NCBI GenBank assembly: GCA_965216315.1
Contig: CBDCFN010000016.1
Coordinates: 1,152,001-1,216,000 of the forward strand
Reading direction: 5' to 3'
Length of the DNA: 64,000 nucleotides
Origin: a bacterium
GTDB taxonomy: Bacteria; UBA10199; 2-02-FULL-50-16; JAJFLM01
The number at the start of each line of letters is the position of its first letter. The first letter of the stretch is position 1. The translations under genes were made by a program, and so were the position numbers. A model generated the notes under the pieces. It was not told the origin of the DNA. It saw only the letters and a list, made by a program, of their open reading frames with translations, and ran no database searches. Below, piece after piece: positions 60,613-64,000 of the stretch.

Positions 60613-60964
60613 GACACAAGACGGAGGTGAGCTCCCATGGCGCACGAAATTCGGACTAGATTACAGCGGATTTGGTTTACGGATTATTGCTTCTGTTAGT
60701 TTTCGACGATGATGGTGCTGGTTTGGGCCGGATCGCTACTTTAATGCCGAGATTGGATCGTCAGCCGGCCATTAAAGCGCATTCACGATATAGCTGTGCG
60801 CCATTTTCTTAAAACTGAATTGTATGAGCTGGTTTAGTTTTCTTTATGGGACATTTTCACCAAAGCGTAGGGCATGACGCTCTTTCCAGTCGGCATACTG
60901 ATCCTTGCGAATCTCTTTGATTTCCCGTGTCTTCCAATTGACCCAATTTGGGTTACCAATGAAG
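60613..60964. repeat. Diverged tandem copy of motif + downstream region + transposase 3' end
   Basis: Colinear with 60969-61324; begins GACACAAGACGGAGGTGAGCTCCC. Confidence 0.9.
60844..60963 (-). pseudogene. Transposase C-terminal fragment (39 aa + stop)
   Basis: FIGNPNWVNWKTREIKEIRKDQYADWKERHALRFGENVP*, 37/39 identical to the intact transposase end. Confidence 0.88.
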
Positions 60965-61203
60965 AAAAGACACAAGACGGAGGTAAGTTCCCCTAGCGCA
61001 CGAGATTCGGACTAGATTTCATAGGATCTCGCTTACGGATTGTTACTTCTGTTAATTTTACGGCAATGATGGGTTTGGTTTGGGGCGGATTACTATTTTA
61101 ATGCCAAGATTTGCTCATTATTCAGCCATTAAAGCGCATCCAAGGTATAGCTGTCCGCTGGTTTTCTAAAAACTGAATTGTATGAACTGATTTATTTTTT
61201 TCT

Positions 61204-61917
61204 TTAGGGGACATTCCCACCAAAGCGGAGGGCATGTCGCTCTTTCCAGTCGGCATACTGATCCTTGCGAATCTCTTTGAGCTCCCGAGTCTTCCAATTA
61301 ACCCAATTTGGGTTACCAATGAAGCACGTGCTTGAATACGGTTTCTTTTCCTTCCAGTCGTTCTTAAGGATTTCTTGAATCATCGCGAGGTATGCTGCCT
61401 GTCGGCGTTGAGGCGTGGAGCTTAGTGTGAGATAAGATGGGGCTGGGGTGATGAGGGGGTCAGCTGTACCGTAGGCATAGTAGCCGAAAGATGAGTATTC
61501 GTTGTGTCGGGGATGCTTGACCTTGTAGGCCCGTTTGGGATTGAGGTCGATGTAGAGCATGACCTTGAGTAAATCACGATCTGTTTGAATACTCGGGGAT
61601 TTAAATCGATCCATGACTACCTGGCCGCGTCTTTGGACTTGCTTGTTGTAGGCCTTGGCAAAGCATGCGTTTACGACACGGAAGAAATCAGAGAAGGTTT
61701 CTAACTCCTCCATACGTCCAGACAAATGGATATGATTATCCATGAGACAGTACGAGTAGATCTGCACTGAGTATCGGTCCTTATATTTTAGTAACAGCTG
61801 ATAGTAGAGCTCCTTGGCCCAGCATTCTTTGAGGAGCCAGGACTTATTATGGCACTGCCACGTGACGTGGAAGGTGGATTCCTCTTCGAGGATGGCACGG
61901 CGGGGGAGTGAAGGCAT
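61204..61917 (-). CDS. HUH Y1 transposase, RAYT/TnpA(IS200)-like
   Basis: MP..PR, FHVT, YCLMDNHIHL (HUH), RFKS, YIDLNP.RA (catalytic Tyr), YSSF; ATG 61917 preferred over TTG 61947. Confidence 0.88.
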   Translation of the reverse strand: MPSLPRRAILEEESTFHVTWQCHNKSWLLKECWAKELYYQLLLKYKDRYSVQIYSYCLMDNHIHLSGRMEELETFSDFFRVVNACFAKAYNKQVQRRGQVVMDRFKSPSIQTDRDLLKVMLYIDLNPKRAYKVKHPRHNEYSSFGYYAYGTADPLITPAPSYLTLSSTPQRRQAAYLAMIQEILKNDWKEKKPYSSTCFIGNPNWVNWKTRELKEIRKDQYADWKERHALRFGGNVP

Positions 61918-61930
61918 TAGAACTGCATAG

Positions 61931-61946
61931 AGCAAGGACTGTGCCA
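61931..61946 (-). promoter_or_regulatory. Sigma54 (-24/-12) promoter of the transposase
   Basis: TGGCAC-AGTCC-TTGCT on the minus strand. Confidence 0.65.
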
Positions 61947-62125
61947 AGATGGCATTCGATAAAAAATAGGTAGTTAGCGTTTATTGGGACCAGGGAAGGG
62001 TTTCAAGTTGAGACGCGCGAGTCTCGTTTTCGTACCTCCGTCTTGTGGCCATTGTGGCCATTTCTCCACCTTGCGGAACTGCCAATTTTCCCCTTGAGCT
62101 CCCCCGCATTCTCGACTAGCACTAA

Positions 62126-62524
62126 GTGACTATCAAAACCCCACCCTCACAACTAAGCACCCTCAACCACATCGCCCTCAAGGTCCGCGATCTTGCGGCC
62201 TGCACCGACTTCTATCACGGCATCCTTGGCCTGGAGCTCATCGAAAGGCAACAAAATGAGACCGGGGCCGAGCGAGCCGTTTGGTTTCGATTGGCGGACG
62301 GCATCCTCATGCTGGAAAGACAGGAGGAGGGGACTAAGGCTTCGATAGCGTCCGAAGCCGGCTGGCATTTGCTCGCGTTGACGATTCCGGAGACGTCACG
62401 TGACCAATGGAAAGACTACTTAAGCAGTCATGATATCTCGATCGCGCAGGAGAGCGCGTATTCGCTTTATTTTCGGGACCCCGAAGGCAATCGCGTGGCG
62501 TTGTCGCATTTTGCCTCAGCATGA
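62126..62524 (+). CDS. VOC (glyoxalase) family protein
   Basis: LNHIALKVRDL....FY..ILGL, H.A, LYFRDPEGN. Confidence 0.9.
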   Translation: MTIKTPPSQLSTLNHIALKVRDLAACTDFYHGILGLELIERQQNETGAERAVWFRLADGILMLERQEEGTKASIASEAGWHLLALTIPETSRDQWKDYLSSHDISIAQESAYSLYFRDPEGNRVALSHFASA

Positions 62525-62525
62525 A

Positions 62526-62571
62526 GAGATAAGCCGGAGGTGAACTCCTTTTTGGAGGCTAACTTGTGGCC
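62526..62571. repeat. Degenerate island motif doublet
   Basis: GAGATAAGCCGGAGGTGAACTCC immediately after the VOC stop, followed by CTTGTGGCC. Confidence 0.55.
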
Positions 62572-62574
62572 CTC

Positions 62575-63255
62575 TCATTTCATTAAACGCTGATCCTTAA
62601 GTCGATAAAGCGTTCTCTTTTCTTTCTGTGGGCGGATGAACTCTTTTAGCTGCGCTGGAGACATATCGATTTTAGCCGGACATTGCCCAGGAAAATCACG
62701 GATAAAATTTCGCTCTGGAACGTTAACAACGTTAAGATGCGATCTATCGGAATCGGATGCCATAACCATGCGAGGCACCTCTACAGTACTGCTTGATGGT
62801 GAGGTTTCCGAATTGTCCGTTTCTGTAGTTAGTTCGATGCGGTTAAAGGGTATGATGAATTGGCCTTCTTCCGTGATAATGGGAGACGTACTGAAACAAG
62901 AATGGTAGTTTTCACATAGGCAATTAAAAATCTGTTCAGAGAATGTTGCGTGAAGTCTTTCAAGACACATATTAAAGTATGCGACACGGCTTTCAGTCGT
63001 GTTTAGGCGGGCGATTTCTCTGTGGCAGTCCAGCATTCTTTGATAGCCGTCGGCGCCAATGACGCACCTCTCTGCAGACGCCCCTTTTTCCATACATTGC
63101 TCACGGTCCTTTCGCATAGCTTCAATGATGCTGGGCATTTCCAGCGGGGTGAGCCTTTTCAGATCTGGGCCTTGCGTTGGCGGAGCGGCTTGGCTCAAGG
63201 GGATAAAGGTAAGGCTTAGTAGGGCGGCAATAAATAGGGTTAGGGTGGTTCGCAT
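62575..63255 (-). CDS. Secreted Cys-rich hypothetical protein
   Basis: Signal peptide MRTTLTLFIAALLSL...SQA; AGGAG RBS before ATG 63255; eight Cys. Confidence 0.7.
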   Translation of the reverse strand: MRTTLTLFIAALLSLTFIPLSQAAPPTQGPDLKRLTPLEMPSIIEAMRKDREQCMEKGASAERCVIGADGYQRMLDCHREIARLNTTESRVAYFNMCLERLHATFSEQIFNCLCENYHSCFSTSPIITEEGQFIIPFNRIELTTETDNSETSPSSSTVEVPRMVMASDSDRSHLNVVNVPERNFIRDFPGQCPAKIDMSPAQLKEFIRPQKEKRTLYRLKDQRLMK

Positions 63256-63310
63256 CGGGGACTCCTGTTTGAAAGTTTTTGTGCTTACGGCTTTATAAGG
63301 GATTAGGTTG

Positions 63311-63326
63311 TGCAAATATTGTACCA
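63311..63326 (-). promoter_or_regulatory. Sigma54 (-24/-12) promoter
   Basis: TGGTAC-AATAT-TTGCA on the minus strand, upstream of the secreted protein. Confidence 0.65.
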
Positions 63327-63361
63327 AGAGTCGTGTAGCTAAATAAAAATAAATTCAGTAA

Positions 63362-63374
63362 TATCAATAGCTTA
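63362..63374 (+). promoter_or_regulatory. IHF-binding site
   Basis: TATCAATAGCTTA matches WATCAANNNNTTR in an AT-rich tract upstream of the sigma54 promoter. Confidence 0.55.
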
Positions 63375-63441
63375 TTGAGTAATTGATTAACATGGTTGTT
63401 ATCATTCTGATAATATTATCATTATGAGAAATAACTATTAA

Positions 63442-63480
63442 GGCGCGAGCCGGCGGTGCAGTCCCCTGGGGGCGAACTGC
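63442..63480 (+). repeat. Degenerate island motif copy
   Basis: GGCGCGAGCCGGCGGTGCAGTCCCCTGGGGGCGAACTGC aligns with 60466-60505 GACACAAGACGGAGGTGAGATCCCCTGGGGCACGAACTGC. Confidence 0.6.
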
Positions 63481-63775
63481 CAGCGGAGCGACCGGGGGAA
63501 ACAATGCGCGGCAATCTCAGCCCCAGGCTCAACCCGATACCTCAACTCATTCCTTTACGGCGGATACCTTGCTCCAGGGTATGATGCAGGTCGGTGGCGT
63601 GGATGTCGTTGGCGCCTTGGGTCCCGCTATGAGCTGAGCGTTGTGTCATGCGCGTTGGATCTGTCTTCGTCTTCTTGAAATTAACATCACTCTGCGATAT
63701 CTTCTCCCGCTAACGTGAGGCGGTCCGCACGATGAGCGCCGCCATCTAAGTCATCAAATAACGAGGGAGAGTCTC

Positions 63776-64000
63776 ATGGCAGAGCAAAAGAAAATATGTA
63801 TCGTCATCACCTCAGGAATGACCGATGAACGTTCGTCAGTCGCGTGGAGCATGGCCAACGGCGCCATCACGGCGGGGCTGGACGTGTCGGTATTTCTGGC
63901 CAGCGCCGGCATTGATTGGGTGCGAAAAGGCGCCGCCGACAAAGTGTGTTTGAACCCGCTTGATCCTCCGATGAAAGAGATGATCGACAAGGTGGTGAAC
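63776..64000 (+). CDS. DsrE/DsrF-like family protein (truncated by window end; not in the ORF track)
   Basis: Hand translation MAEQKKICIVITSGMTDERSSVAWSMANGAITAGLDVSVFLASAGIDWVRKG...; GAGGGAG RBS. Confidence 0.75.
   Translation, partial: MAEQKKICIVITSGMTDERSSVAWSMANGAITAGLDVSVFLASAGIDWVRKGAADKVCLNPLDPPMKEMIDKVVN

Larger units (their letters stand above)
60969..62047. mobile_element. Y1/HUH transposase module bounded by 14-bp inverted motif copies
   Basis: CACAAGACGGAGGT (60971-60984) and ACCTCCGTCTTGTG (62034-62047) flank the transposase. Confidence 0.75.

Noticed and set aside
60969..62047. IS605/IS200 element with TnpB, or a DDE-type IS
   Set aside because: No tnpB/iscB ORF, the enzyme is HUH/Y1 rather than DDE, and no target-site duplication is evident
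54621..63480. Island motif copies as a CRISPR array
   Set aside because: Spacing is irregular (tens of bp to several kb), copies occur in both orientations, and there are no cas genes

Overview
Bacterial chromosome segment whose gene content and order resemble Deltaproteobacteria/Bdellovibrionota-type genomes; this taxonomy is an inference. Positions 1-53.8 kb are mostly core genes: skp, yicC-gmk-relA/spoT-yraN, a lipid/CoA cluster, nadE, rsmI, rimP-nusA-infB-rbfA-truB-rpsO-pnp, coaE, cca, mreBCD-mrdA-rodA, trxA, ccsA-hemA, thrS-infC-rpmI-rplT-pheST-ihfA-merR, surE-pcm-nlpD-apt, ihfB, dprA-topA-xerC-hslVU and argBDFG, plus four tRNA genes. From 53.8 to 63.5 kb lies an AT-richer variable island. 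It carries a repeat lipoprotein, a Shedu-like nuclease, a UvrD-like helicase, a TIR/Fis-HTH fusion, a membrane protein and an HUH/Y1 (RAYT-like) transposase. About a dozen copies of a short GACACAAGACGGAGGT(RAGCTCCC) motif punctuate the island. They sit at cargo-gene boundaries and at the junctions of three partial duplications: the argG 3' end, the transposase 3' end and the VOC-gene upstream region. The two duplicated coding fragments differ from the intact genes almost only at synonymous sites, and the genes flanking the island show a mirror-image G/T versus C/A strand skew. I propose, as a hypothesis, that this is a RAYT-driven, integron-like gene-capture hotspot. A GTAG-type REP doublet is also inserted in frame inside pheS. 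All calls are from motif recognition and hand alignment; no database searches were run.
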